The notes below the pieces were generated by a model. It made no database searches, was not told where the DNA came from, and saw only the letters and a program-made list of their open reading frames with translations. Shown piece by piece: positions 1 through 12,044 of a DNA stretch of 64,000 nt. Source of the DNA: Hemiscyllium ocellatum. Taxonomy: Eukaryota. Each line of letters starts with the position of its first letter. The first letter of the stretch is position 1. Made by a program: the position numbers and the translations under genes. The stretch lies in assembly GCF_020745735.1 (NCBI RefSeq), contig NC_083434.1, positions 40,607,966 to 40,671,965 on the forward strand, given 5' to 3'.

Positions 1-269
1 TCCAATTGCATCTGGAATACAATGTCTTACACTTACCTTTAAAGTAAGAGAAAGTTAAGATATAGGCTATCTTCTTAATATATTTTGAGGGGCATTGGTC
101 TGGCCCATAACACTTCAAAAGAACTGCACAAATTATGAAATACTTTGGGATGCCCTGAGATTGTGAAAGGCGCTATTGAAATATACATCATTCTTTCACT
201 TTTAGAATCCCCACAGTTGAGGGACTGAAGCCCTAGAAGTGAATTTCCACTACTTTGTTGCGAGTGGCA

Positions 270-350
270 CAAAATGACACCAGGTTATAGTCCAACAGGT
301 TTATTTAAAGACACTAGTTTTTGGAACACTGCTTCTTCATCAGCTGCTAG
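270..350 (-). mobile_element. Fragment of a fourth PLE-type pLTR family with a degenerate hammerhead
   Basis: Minus strand CUGAUGA-A-GAAGC-AGU-GUUCC-AAAA-ACUAG followed by aaataaacctgttggactataacctggtg; related fold-back remnant at ~44535-44655. Confidence 0.55.
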
Positions 351-437
351 TGAGAGAGGAAGACCTTAGACATAGAACTTATAAGGAAAAGATCAAAGGG
401 TGGGGCACTGTTGAAAGTGGACAGTTACCAACATAGT

Positions 438-714
438 TCCTGGATTAGTGGTGCTGGAAGAGCACAGCAGTTCAGGCAGCATCTGAAGAGCAGTAAAATC
501 GACATTCGGGCAAAAGCCCTTCATTAGGAATAAAGCTTTATTCCTGATTTCGGGCAAAAGCCCTTTATCAGGAATAAAGCTTTATTCCTAATGAAGGGCT
601 TTTGCCCGAATGTCAATTTTACTGCTCCTCAGATGCTGCCTGAACTGCTGTGCTATTCCAGCACCACTAATCCAGAATCTGGTTTCCAGCATCTGCAGTC
701 ATTGTTTTTACCTC
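438..714. mobile_element. Palindromic Penelope pLTR insertion
   Basis: Inverted pLTR arms around a duplicated GGAATAAAGCTTTATTCC centre; TSD GTTACCAACATAGT at 424-437 and 715-728. Confidence 0.88.
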
Positions 715-1579
715 GTTACCAACATAGTCCTAATTTGTAAAAATGGAAACACAGCTAATAAGGGTATATATTGTTAGAATTTCTCAGTGTGGAATTCAAA
801 AGAAGTATAAGTTACCAAGCATGGTAGATAAGAGGGAATGTACTGAATATGATGTACAAGGACTTTACAGAAACTTCTGACAAAATACACAAAGGAGATT
901 ACTAGAAATGCATGACTATGGGAAATAAAATTGAGGTTAGGAAGAGTAAAAAAATCTGGTTACAATAATTGGTCAGGAGGGAGAAAACTGATGGATCAAA
1001 TATTTCTAAAGCAGTCGATATTCTACAGTGGTATTTCGTAGGGTTCTGTGTCTGTCAGTGATTCAGATAAATCCCACATAAGGGCAATGTTGAACTTTGG
1101 AGATATGGAGAGCTCACAGAATTCCAGGAATGTTCTCCGCCTCTGCTAAACTTGACATTGAATATTGATACCAGATTATATATGGTTGCGGGTTAAGAAA
1201 TTTCCAGCATTTACTTGCCTTCACCATCTCCTGTCTCCACAAACAACTGTGTCACAAATCCCCTAATTGGTAGCTACAAATACCCATTGCTGAGCAATAA
1301 TCGTGGTGACTCACAATGAATTACCAAACATAAGGCTATAATTAACTAGAACATTCAGTAACAGAAATAATGAATTTCTTATCCAGAAAAGCCATCGATT
1401 AATCATTTGGCTTTTGTCCAGCACAGAAAACCAAAGTCTGCATAAATAGCACATTTACTGCAGCTAGAGTGATTAGCTGAAAGCAACATAACCTCATGAC
1501 CAATCAAGCAAGGCTATAATTATTAATATAACATAATTAATAAGTGCTTTAAATTTCAAGTTCCAATTCCCTGACATGT

Positions 1580-1651
1580 GAGGGCATGGCTCAGTGGTAG
1601 AGCATTTGACTAAAGATCAAGATGTCCCTAGTTCAGATCTGGGTACATCCT
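1580..1651 (+). pseudogene. tRNA-Cys(GCA)-derived pseudogene
   Basis: GAGGGCATGGCTCAGTGGTAGAGCATTTGACTAAAGATCAAGATGTCCCTAGTTCAGATCTGGGTACATCCT aligns end to end with vertebrate tRNA-Cys. The anticodon reads AAA instead of GCA and the stems contain mismatches. Confidence 0.8.
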
Positions 1652-2228
1652 CAATAACTTTATGTGGACAGTTATCTGCCTAAAAGACAGTTATCTGTCA
1701 TCATTCCTCCAGAGCCTGTGGCCTTGAGCTTTCCTCTAATTTTCATTTTCAACCTGCAATATGATTAAACAAAAGAATACACGAGACTGTTTCCTCAATG
1801 CATTCCTTGTGTGTTTTAGGAAAACACAAGTCCAGTTCCTGAAGGATCTTCTGTCTTTAAGTGGCTGCTATCCCTCTTCCATCATCACTGTCAAACATTT
1901 GTTTGTTGCACCATAGTACATGGCTCATAAATCTGGGTATGGGCTCCTTATTCGGGTCTGGGGCAATGCTGGGCCAAATGTAAATCGTATGCAAATCTCT
2001 ATGAGTCTATGTCTGTAAATGTTGGTCCTAATTAGCAAAAAAATCAGCATCTCCTCCAAAAATATTCTTGCAAACATCAGCAGCATTAAAAATTCTATAC
2101 TTAAGCATTTAGAATTGAAACTCGTGTGAAAATATATTGAAATTATGTTGTTTTCAGCTAATCAGTCTAGCTGCAATATATGTGCTATTTACACAAGTCT
2201 TGGTTTACTGTGTTGGACAAAATATGTA

Positions 2229-2404
2229 CAGAGGAACCTCAATTATCAAAAGGACACAGGTGGGGAGTATTTCATTCAGTTAATCAAATGCTGTATGAAC
2301 AAATGTCAGATAACATAGTTTAGCCAAAGCATCGGGACCTTGCAATACTCTTCGGATAATCTGAAATTCAGATAATCAATTGCCGGATAATCGAGGTTCC
2401 TCTG
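2229..2404. mobile_element. Tigger/pogo-like MITE
   Basis: TIRs CAGAGGAACCTCAATTATC (2229-2247) / GATAATCGAGGTTCCTCTG (2386-2404), TA target duplication on both sides, internal GATAAT subrepeats. Confidence 0.8.
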
Positions 2405-2440
2405 TAAACACTTTGTTACGTAGGAGCAAATCTGTATTGA

Positions 2441-2566
2441 AAACAAAAAATGCTGGAGATCACAGTGGGTCAGGCAGTACTCATGGAGAGGAAACAAGTT
2501 AACATTTCGAGTCTGGATGACTCTTCATCAGAGATGGCCCACTGTGATCTCCAGCATTTTTTGTTT
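2441..2566. mobile_element. Fold-back PLE-derived element (third family) with a hammerhead motif in its loop
   Basis: Perfect 29-bp inverted repeats 2441-2469 / 2538-2566; minus strand CUGAUGA-A-GAGUC-AUCCA-GACUC-GAAA-UG-UU at ~2499-2531. Related degenerate copies at ~4893-4965, 12505-12620, 19035-19123, 20110-20240, 20680-20805 and 30385-30550. Confidence 0.7.
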
Positions 2567-3694
2567 CCAGTAAACATTTTGCCTTCCTACTTTTAGTAAA
2601 CCAAACTAATCATTCAAAATGTTGATCAAGGCACACTTGCCTACCATTTTTCTTCAGTATCTGAAATTTCTAATCTCCAAAATATGGACCTTGTTTGCAA
2701 TAACAGAGTAAATTCACCCTTATTTCATTACCTTAGTTAAAATTATCTACCTGAGTTTTGACTGGTCTTAGTTTAAGACCGTAGCCTGTTTGGGTTGAAT
2801 CTTGCACTTGAAGTTTATTCCTAGTGCAGTGGTTGTGTGAGCTAAAGGTAGATTCCTGTAGCTGAGATTGTGCAGTGAATACAATTGCCTCAGCTGTTGC
2901 AATAGCCCTCAAGTTGGTCAATTAATTAGACTACATCTTTCTCACTTTTCCAAAAAAAATCAGTTTGCTTTGTTTATCAAAATTATTTCATGAAGAGCTG
3001 AATGATAAATTATTTATTTGAGCACAATTTAAACCTAGTATTTGTATTATAAGAATGCACTGTCTCAGTGTGATTGACAGAATAATGATATACTTCACAG
3101 ATTACAGACATTCTCCATTTCCATCGTTTAAAATGATAACGATTCGAGGAATGAAACTGACAAACATACTTTTTACATATACAAATACACATACACTACT
3201 GCTGTTGGCTCACAGAATGTCTTGAATACCTAGTTTTGAAGGGAAAGTCAGAGAAACACACTCTTTAAAAAATCATGTATATCATTTAATCATAGAATCA
3301 TAGAATCATACTTTCATACAGTACAGAAGAGGACCTTCATCCCATCAATTCTATACTACCAAAAATATACATTAGTTCCACTTTTCCACAATAGGCCCAC
3401 AACCTTGAATGTTATGACATTTCAAGTGCTCATCCAAATACATTTTAATGGTTGTGAAGTTTCTTGCCTCGACTACCCTCCAAGGCTCCAGATTCCCACC
3501 ACCCTCTGGGTGACAAGGTTTTTCAGCAATTTCCCTCTAAAATTACTGCCTTTCACTTTAAAATTACACAAATCACATACTCAATCCCTGTCTTTCATTG
3601 GCCCTGACACCATTCATAACATTGCATTAGTACCCTCAGTGGCCAACCTGTGAAAAAACCAAAGGAAAAATCACCATAGAACCACTCTCTCATT

Positions 3695-3865
3695 AAACAG
3701 AAACAACTGACACTGAGTTTAATCTGACGATTACCGTGCCTCAGGCAAAGGGAGAGGTTGAGAAGGAGAATCTTTCATGGTAACCTCAGCCAGTGTGGGA
3801 TTTTTAACCAACAAATGCTGTTGGTGTTACTCTGTATCACAAACCAGCCGTCCAGCCAACTTAGC
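3695..3865 (-). mobile_element. Unclassified tRNA-derived SINE (copies at ~15550-15725, 33945-34120)
   Basis: Three dispersed copies of ...gttgagaaggag...tcatggtaacctcagc...aaaccagcc.tccagccaactgagc. Confidence 0.6.
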
Positions 3866-4009
3866 CCCAAAGTGCACTAAGCTCAATAAAACAGAATACC
3901 GTGCTAAAGATGGAGGAAGGGTGATCAGAAAGTTGGTCAAAGAGGTGGTTTATAAGGAGAGTGTTAAGAGGACATTCATAGTGAGGAGAAAATTCCAAAA
4001 CAAAGAACA

Positions 4010-4890
4010 ACAAAGAACATAGAACATAGAACAGTGCAGCACAATACACACCCTTCAGCCCTCGATGTTGCACCCACCTTTCATCCTACTCTAAGATCAA
4101 ACTAACCTACATACCCTTCATTTTATTATCATCCATATGCCTCTGCCAGAGTCACTTACATGTCCCTAATGTCTCTGACTCCACTACCGCTGCTGGCAGT
4201 GCATCCCACACACCCACCACTCGCTATGTAAAGAACCTAGTTCTGACATCTCCTCCTAAAACTTCCTCCAATCACATTAAAATTATGATAGACATTTCTG
4301 CCCTGGGAAAACGTCTCTGGCTATCCACTCTATCTATGCCTGTCAGCATCTTGTAGACCTCTTATCCTTCTTCACTCCAATGTGAAAAGCCCTCGCTCCC
4401 TCAACCATTCTCCATAAGGCATGCCCTCTGGTCCAAGCAGCATCCTGGTAAGTCTCCTCTGTACCCTCTCTAAAACTTCCGCATCCTTCCAATACTGAGG
4501 TGACCAAAGCTGAACACAATATTCCAAGTGTAGTCTAACCAGGACTTTATGGAACTGCAACATAACCTTGTGGCTCTTAAACTCAATCCCCCTGTTAATG
4601 AAAGCCAACACACAATACACCTTCTTAACAACCCTATCAACTTGTGAAAAAGGTCTATGTGAAAAAGTTGACTGTTGGTCCCTTTTAACTCTTTCCACTC
4701 TCACCTGAAACCTATGTTCCCCTAATCTGGGAAAAAGACCTTGGCTATTCACCCTATCCACGCCCCTCATGATTTGATAAACCTCTATAAGATCACCCCT
4801 CAGCCTCCGACGCTCCAGGGACAAAGGTCCCATTCTCTCCCTATAACTCAGACCCTCTAATCATGGCAACATCCTTATAAATCTTTTCTG
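4010..4890 (-). mobile_element. CR1 LINE 3' fragments
   Basis: LERRRLRGDLIEVY..., LEYCVQLWSP, LERVQRR; (agaacat)n-type tail at ~4005-4030. Confidence 0.85.
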
Positions 4891-5293
4891 ACTCAAAGTC
4901 TCAACTCTGCTTTCTTCCCACAGATGCTGCCAGACCTGCTGAGTTTCCCCAGCAATTCCTATTGTTGTTATTCATTTTATAAGTCTGGAATTTAAAACTG
5001 AAGTCTTGGAAACCATGATGTGAAAACACATCTATTTCACTGACACTATTAATGGAGAAAATCTGCCTTTTTTATCAAGTCTGGCTTTTGTGTGATTTCA
5101 GACCCACAGTAATATCTTTACTTCCCTCCAATGGCCTCGCAAACCACAAAGTTCAAAGGGAATGATAGATGGGGCAACACTTGCTTGCCTTGCCCATGAT
5201 GCACATATCCCACAAAGAGAGAAAGAAATCTTGGAATAGCCACCATTTCCATGTGCTAACTGATGAAAGGATATCAGATGGGAATCATGCAAA

Positions 5294-5489
5294 AGAGAAA
5301 GTGAGGACTGCAGATGCTGGAGATCAAAGTTGAGAGTGTGCTGCTGGAAAAGCACAGCAGGTCAGGCAGCATCTGAGGTGCAGGAGAATCGACATTTCGG
5401 GCATGATTCCTGACGAAGGGCTTCTTCACAAAATTTCAATTCTGCTCCTTGGATGCTGCCTATCTGCTGTGCTTTTCCAACACCACAAC
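5294..5489. mobile_element. Palindromic Penelope pLTR insertion (degenerate)
   Basis: Inverted arms (...gctggaaaagcacagcaggtcaggcagcatc... / ...gatgctgcctatctgctgtgcttttccaacacc). Confidence 0.8.
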
Positions 5490-7160
5490 TAACAACTTGG
5501 GTGACAACATTGAGGGATCTATGGACATGGACCCCAAGATCCCTCTGTTCCTCCACACTGCCAAGAATCCTGCCTTTAACCCAGTAATCTACATTCAAAT
5601 TCAACCTTCCAAAATTAATCACTTCACACTTTTCCAGGTTAAACTCCATCTGCCACTGCTCAGCCCAGCTCTGCATCCTGTCAATGTCCCGTTGCCAACT
5701 ACAACAGCCCTCCACATTATCCATAACTCTTTTAACCCTCATGTCATCAGTAAATTTACTAACCCACCCTTCCACTTCCTCATCCAAGTCATTTAGAAAA
5801 ATCACAAAGAGCAGAGAACCCTGAACAGATCCCTGCAGGACACCACTGGTCACCAAGCTCCAGACTGAATACTTTCCATCTGCTACCACCCTCTGTCTTC
5901 TATGGGCCAGCCAATGCTGTTCCCAGAAAGCCAAATTTCCCTGCATCCAATGCCTCCTTATTTCCTGAATGAGTCTACCATGGGGAACCTTATCAAATGC
6001 CTTATTAAAATCCATATACACCACAGCCACTGCTCTACCTTCATCAACATGTTTTTTCACATCCTTAAAGAATTCAATAAGGCTTGTGAGGCATGACCTG
6101 CCCCTCACAAAGCCATGCTGACTATCTCTAATCAAACTATGCTTTTCCACAAATCCTGTCCTTCAGAATCCTCTCCAATAATTTGCCCAACACCGATGTA
6201 AGACTGACTAGTCTGTAATTCACAGGGTTATTCCTATTCCCTTTCTTAAACAAAGGAATAACATTTTCCACCCTCCAATCATCTGGTACTACTCCAGTAG
6301 ACAGTGAGGATGCAAAGATCATCGCAAATGACGTGGCAATAGTTTCCCTCACTCCCTGTAGTAACCCAGGGTATATCCCATCTGGCCCAGAGAACTACTC
6401 TAGCCTCATGTTTTTCAAAATTTTCAGCACATCCTCCTTCTTAACATCAATCTATTTGAGCACATCAGTCTGTTTCACGCTGTCCTCACAAACGACAAGG
6501 TCCCTCTCAGTGGTGAATACTGAAGCAAAGTATTCATTAAGGACCTCCCCTACCTCCTCCAACTCCAGGCACAAGTTCCCTCCACTATCCCAGATCAGCC
6601 CTACCCTCACTCTGGCCATCCTCAAGCTGTTCTACACCTTGTGGTGTTCCTTAATCCTATCCACCAAGACTGTTTCATGCCCCCTTCTAGCTCTCCTAAT
6701 TCCATTCTTCATACTTTTGTGTACAGTTCTGGTCACCACATTGGACAGAATACACAAAAGGTTTACCAGGATGTTGCCTGGTATGGCAGATTTTAGCCAT
6801 GAAGAAATGAATGTTTGCTTCTTCAACCTTAAGCAAGCTTCCTGCTTCCTCGTGACTAGATGTTTCACATCTCTTGTCATCTAAGGTTCCTTCACCCTAC
6901 CATCCCTTCCTTGTCTCAGTGGGACAAATCTATCCAGCACTCATAGCAAGTGCTCCCTAAACAGCCTCCACATTTCTGTCATGCATTTCCCTGAGAATAT
7001 CTGTTCCCAATTTATGCTGCACATTTCCTGCCTTATAGCATTGTAATTCCCCCTCCCCGAATTAAATACTTTCTCATACCGTCTGCTCCTATCCCTCCTC
7101 ATGACTATAGTAAAGGTCAGGGAGTTGTGATCATGATCATTGAAATGCTCTCCCATTGAC
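5490..7160 (-). mobile_element. CR1 LINE fragment (RT region)
   Basis: ORFs 5362-6150 and 6137-6352 carry NYRLVSLTS, QHGF...SCLTSL, YMDFNKAFDKV, SGVLQGSV, KFTDD. Confidence 0.9.
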
Positions 7161-7593
7161 AGAACTGAACAAATAACAAAGAACAAAGAACAATACAGCG
7201 CAGTTACAGGCTCTTCAGCCCTCCAAGCCTGTGCTGACACATTTGCCCTTTCAAACTAAAACTGTCTTCATTTATAAGATCTGTACATCTCTATTCCCTT
7301 CCTATTCATGTGTTCATCCAGGTGTTTCTTAAATGCTGCTACTCTGTCTGCTTCCACCACCTCCTCAGGCAGAATGTTCCAGGTACTCACCACCCTTTGT
7401 GTGAAAAACTTGCCGTACACATCTCTTTTAATCTTCCCCCCTCACACCTTGAACCTGTGTCCCCTCCATGCTGAGAAAAAGCCTCATACTTTCCACTCTA
7501 TCCATGCCATTCACAGTCTTATAAACTTCTATCAGGTCACCCTTCAACCTCCTGCATTCTAGTGAAAACAAACCCAGTCTATCCAACCTTTCT

Positions 7594-7827
7594 GGAAGGA
7601 GAAAGTGAGGACTGCAGATGCTGGAGATCAGAGCTGAAAATGTGTTGCTGGAAAAGCGCAGCAGGTCAGGCAGCATCCAAGGAACAGGAGATTCGACGTT
7701 TCAGGCATGAGCCCTTCTTCAGGAATCCTGATTCCTGAAGAAGGGCTTATGCCCGAAACGTCGAATTTCCTGTTCCTTGGATGCTGCCTGACCTGCTGCG
7801 CTTTTCCAGCAACACATTTTCAGCTCG
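7594..7827. mobile_element. Palindromic Penelope pLTR insertion in a CR1 fragment
   Basis: Inverted arms; TSD TATCCAAC(C/T)TTTCT at 7580-7593 and 7828-7841. Confidence 0.88.
7731..7766 (+). ncRNA. Minimal type-I hammerhead ribozyme motif (Penelope pLTR)
   Basis: AUUC-CUGAAGA-A-GGGC-UUAU-GCCC-GAAA-CG-UC-GAAU: stem I AUUC/GAAU, intact core, stem II GGGC/GCCC, palindromic ACGU in place of stem III; predicted cleavage after C7762. Mirror copy on the minus strand at 7691-7726. Confidence 0.75.
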
Positions 7828-8244
7828 TATCCAACTTTTCTTCATGGCTAAAATCTGCCATACCAGGCAACATCCTGGTAAACCTTTTCTGTACTCTCTC
7901 CAGTGTGGTGACCAGAACTGGATGCAAAAGCATGAGAAGATGCATGTGCCAAAAGGTTGAAGATGGAGGTGAAATTGGGATATATAAGCAGACAGAGTTG
8001 GAAGAAAGCAGAGATCTTGGTGGAGGATCCTATGTTAATTCTATTGTTAAGATAAACAGGAGAAGGCCCATTGTTTTATTAAGTGCTTAAAGCATATATA
8101 ATGGGAGACTGGGGGTCTTCTGGCTCAGTGGTAATGACCTGGCTGCTGGATGGAAGGTCTTGGTTCAGCCATAGAGCTGTGTCATAAGATATTCTAACAG
8201 GTTGTTTAACACTAATTTCTACAAAGTGAGACTGGTTGTAGGAA

Positions 8245-8540
8245 CTCCCTGTGGGTCTGATCTTGGGTCTGGCCAAGTTGGTCATGAATAAGTTCAGGCA
8301 GCAGCAGGTGGGGAGGGATGTTGTACCTGACTGCCTTCTGTGATTACATCTGTGCCAGGGTGGCCTTCGAGTGGAAACATACGATATCATCAGCATGCTT
8401 GAGATTCTCCATTCGCAGTGGGTGCCATAGGGGCTGGAGTGCATTATCACTCTAGAAAATTAAATTTCAGAGGTTCTCTAGTTTGTTTTAATTCAACTTA
8501 ATTTGGATCCATTGTTTTATATTAGTTTACCAAAAGGGTT
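8245..8540 (+). mobile_element. 3' end of a Tx1-like L1 element
   Basis: Degenerate LGLAKLVMNKFRQQ...DCL...YICARVAFEWKH...QWVP*GLECII resembles the Tx1 ORF2 C-terminus. Confidence 0.55.
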
Positions 8541-8564
8541 AAAGGAAGACTGCAGGGACACTAG

Positions 8565-9070
8565 ACTCATAGACATGTACAGCACGGAAACAGACCCTTC
8601 AGTCCAATTCATCCATGCTGACCAGAAATCCCAAATTCATCTAGTCCCATTTGCCAGCACTTGGCCAATATCCCTCTAAACCCTTTCTGTAAATATGTAT
8701 CTACAACATACATTTAGAGTCAGAGAGATGTACAGCACAGAAACAGACCCTTCAGACCAACTTGTCCATGGTTTACAGATATCCTAAATTAATCTAGTCC
8801 CACTTGTCAGAATTTGACCCATATCCCTCCAAATACTTCCTATTCATGTACCCATCCAGATGCCTTTTTAAATGCTGTAATTGTACCAGCCTCCACCACT
8901 TCCTCTTGCAGCTTATTCCATACACGCACCACCCTCTGTGTGAAAAAGTTGCTTCTTATGTCCCTTTTAAATCGTTCCCCTCTTACCTTAAACCTATGCC
9001 CTCTAGTTTTGGACTCCCCTACTCTGGGGAAAAGACTTTGGCTATTCACCCTATTGATGGCCCTCATAGT
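8565..9070 (-). mobile_element. CR1 (HER1-like) 3' ends, tandem
   Basis: SKTRGHRFKVRGERFKRD...FFTQRVV..W; two copies of the 3' tail. Confidence 0.85.
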
Positions 9071-10937
9071 AGTTAAGAGGCAGACAAATGTAATACTGCA
9101 TTCTGTAAATAAACCTATTATCAGACAAAGGATTTAACTCCAGATTGTACTTCACCATCTGGTTTGGGATTGATAGGGCTGGTAGAGGTTGAGGACATGG
9201 GAATCCGTGAGGCCACAGTGAGATTGAAACGTGAGGAATATAGCTTAAACCCAGATTTAGTTCAGCATTCATTTTGATAAACATTAATTTTCTCATATGA
9301 CAAAGCATCAGTCCGACAACAAGATTTTCCTTCAGCACTAAGCTTCACGCTAACTTTAACTATAGGTTATAAAATTGAATGAGGTCATTTCAATGATAGA
9401 CTACCAGTCATTAGCTGGGATCACCAGATAGATGAAACAGTACGTTCTGTAGCTGGCCATTTAAAGAATCCTACAGCACAGAAAAAGCTAGTTGGGCCAT
9501 TATGGCTCTGTCGGCTCTTTCCAAGAGCCACCCAATTAGTCCCATTCCCCTGCTCTTTTCCTATATAAGAGATTGATTGTAAAACTCACAAAGTTGTGAT
9601 TATCATCACACTTGTGACTACTTCCATTAGCATCTAGGTAACAACAGCCACTAAACACTGACTCACACTTTAATCACGGTTATAATCTCCGTGTTCTTAA
9701 CAGCGAGAGATCAGTGCCGAAACATTGCTGTCATATTTCCTGCTTGAAAATTGTGCCCCATCTGTTAACTACTTCTGGATTTCCAATACAGTTTTCATCT
9801 GCTATAATGAAGACTTCAATGCTTTAATGCAAGCATATACAAACACATTGCATTCAGGGAATCAAGCGGCATGTGGCAGCTTTATCACTGAATTGTTATA
9901 ATGAAATACTAATACCTTTAACAATATCAGTCAGATTACTCAAATAATGTGAACGTGTGCTGCTAATCTATAACAGGGGAAGATCTTACTGACATCGTAG
10001 CTATTGAAGATGGTACCATAGATTGCTCCCTGCCATTTCTGCACATACAGAGGCCCCCTGTGTATATCCCATTCCTGGCAAATTTTCTTGACCACAGGGA
10101 ATTATAAGAGCCTACTCCATATTCAAGCACATTAATCTCTGCCAGGGTGTTGTTTCCTGTTTTATCAATCTGCAGTCAAATTCACAATAGTCCACACTTC
10201 ACAATACAATGGGGAGCAACAGAAATGTCATTGTAGAGATAAACAGTTAAGCAGATTGCAACCAGAAAAAAAACCTTGCTTAAAAATAGCATCACAGTTG
10301 CTCTCCACAGTAGTTAAGTGGCTGGAAGTATATTCTCCATTATTATCTTCCAACTCACAGTTCACCAGCAGCTTAGCAGGCAGTTACTTTTGCATGGTAA
10401 ATTTTCAAGTGAACGAGGTTTTTGTTGGCGATGTAGAAATTTGAATTTCTAAATTAATAAAGCTGTAAAATGGCTCACAACTGGTAACCATTTCCACAGC
10501 AGGTTTACAAGAATATTCAAATTGATATCTGTGATGTTGTGGAAATAACATTATTTCACTTTATCAATGGATAGGCAATGCAATTTTATATATTATTTTC
10601 CAAATCCGAGCACCATGATATCAAAGTGCCGCCATCTGTTATGTCCTCTTCCTACATCACTGTGTGCAGCATATTAGCAAATATTTTCCATGGTGGCCCT
10701 GACTTCTTAAAATCTTACTCAATGCTCGAGAAACAAGCTTCCTTTAGCTTGGAGGAACAATATGCCTATCTGAAGAGGTGGTAATGGTGAAATGATAATG
10801 GTATTGGGATTAACAATCGAGAGGCTAATCGCCGAAAAAACATGAGTTCAAATCCCATAATTTATTTAATAAAATCTGCATATAATGTAATATTCATCCC
10901 AATAATAGTGACAATAAAACTACATTTGATTTTTGTA

Positions 10938-11251
10938 AAGATTAGATTCCCTACAGTGTGGAAACAGGCCCTTCGGCCCAACCAGTCCACACCGACCCTC
11001 CAAAGAGCCCCTCAGACCCATTCCCCTACATTTACCCCGACTAATCCACACTACAGGCAATTTAGTATGGCTAATACACCTGACCTGCACATCTTTGGAC
11101 TGTGGGAGGAAACCGGAGCACCCGGAGGAAACCCACGCAGACACCAGGAGAATGTGCAAACTCCTCACAGACAGTTGCCTGAGGCTGGAATTGAACCCAG
11201 GTCCCTGGTGCTGTGAGGCAGCAGTGCTAAACACTGAGTCACCGTGCCGCC
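10938..11251 (-). mobile_element. HE1-type V-SINE; others at ~13262-13590(-), 17035-17400(-), 44680-45030(+), 50775-51000(-), 51097-51245(-), 60545-60805(-)
   Basis: Reverse complement of the HE1 head, V-domain and tail. Confidence 0.85.
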
Positions 11252-12044
11252 TAAAAAACCCATCTGCTTCATTAGTATTCCCTTTCAGTCAGGAAATCCA
11301 CCATCCACTAACTTCTTCAAAAGAACAAAGAGAAATCGCACAGAAACCTGAAAAGTTCTGACAGAGTGAATACAGAAACGATGTTTCTGACAACCAGGGA
11401 GTCCAGAATCAGGGGACACAGAATAAGAATACAGGGTAGGATATTTAGGACTCAGATGAGGAGAAATGTCTCCAACCAGAGAGTGGTGAGCCTTTGGAAT
11501 TCTCTACCACAGAAAGTGGTTGAGGCTAAAACCTTGGAAGCTCTCAAGAAGGAGTTAGATTATGGTTCCTAGGATTATAGGGATCAAAGGGTATGGGGAG
11601 AGAAAGCGGAAACAGGGGACAAAATTGGAAGATCAGCCATGATCCTATTGAATGGCAGTGAAGGACCAAATGGTCTACTCCCGTTCCTAGTTTCTCTGTT
11701 TCTATGGTCTAACCTACATACAACTCCAGATTCTCCACACAATGGCAATGTATATGTCTCTTTTCTATCCTCTGAAATGAGCCAGCAAACCATCCAGTAC
11801 AAGAGCAATTAGCGATGGGTAACAAATGTTGACCTTGCCAACAATGCCGACACCCTTTGAGTATAAAAAACTTGCAGTTGTACAAGCTGCCGAACCAACA
11901 CAAGGGTAACCAATTCATTGACTTAAAAGGAAGGAAATAAGAGACACTTCCAAGGGAGTGGAGTGTGCTGATGTGACCAGAGATGGGGGGCTTGGCGGGG
12001 TGGTTTGCCTGGAGACTCAGGAGTAGAAGTGTCAAGACAAGACT

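Larger units (their letters stand above)
7165..7921 (-). mobile_element. CR1 LINE 3' fragment (interrupted by a pLTR palindrome)
   Basis: LGLFSLECRRLKGDLIEVYK; agaacaa tail repeats at ~7175-7195. Confidence 0.8.

Noticed and set aside
438-714. Repeated palindromic units as a CRISPR array or DNA-transposon TIRs
   Set aside because: Vertebrate DNA, no repeat-spacer periodicity, no cas genes; the sequence is the pLTR of the RT/GIY-YIG element at 23664-25508.
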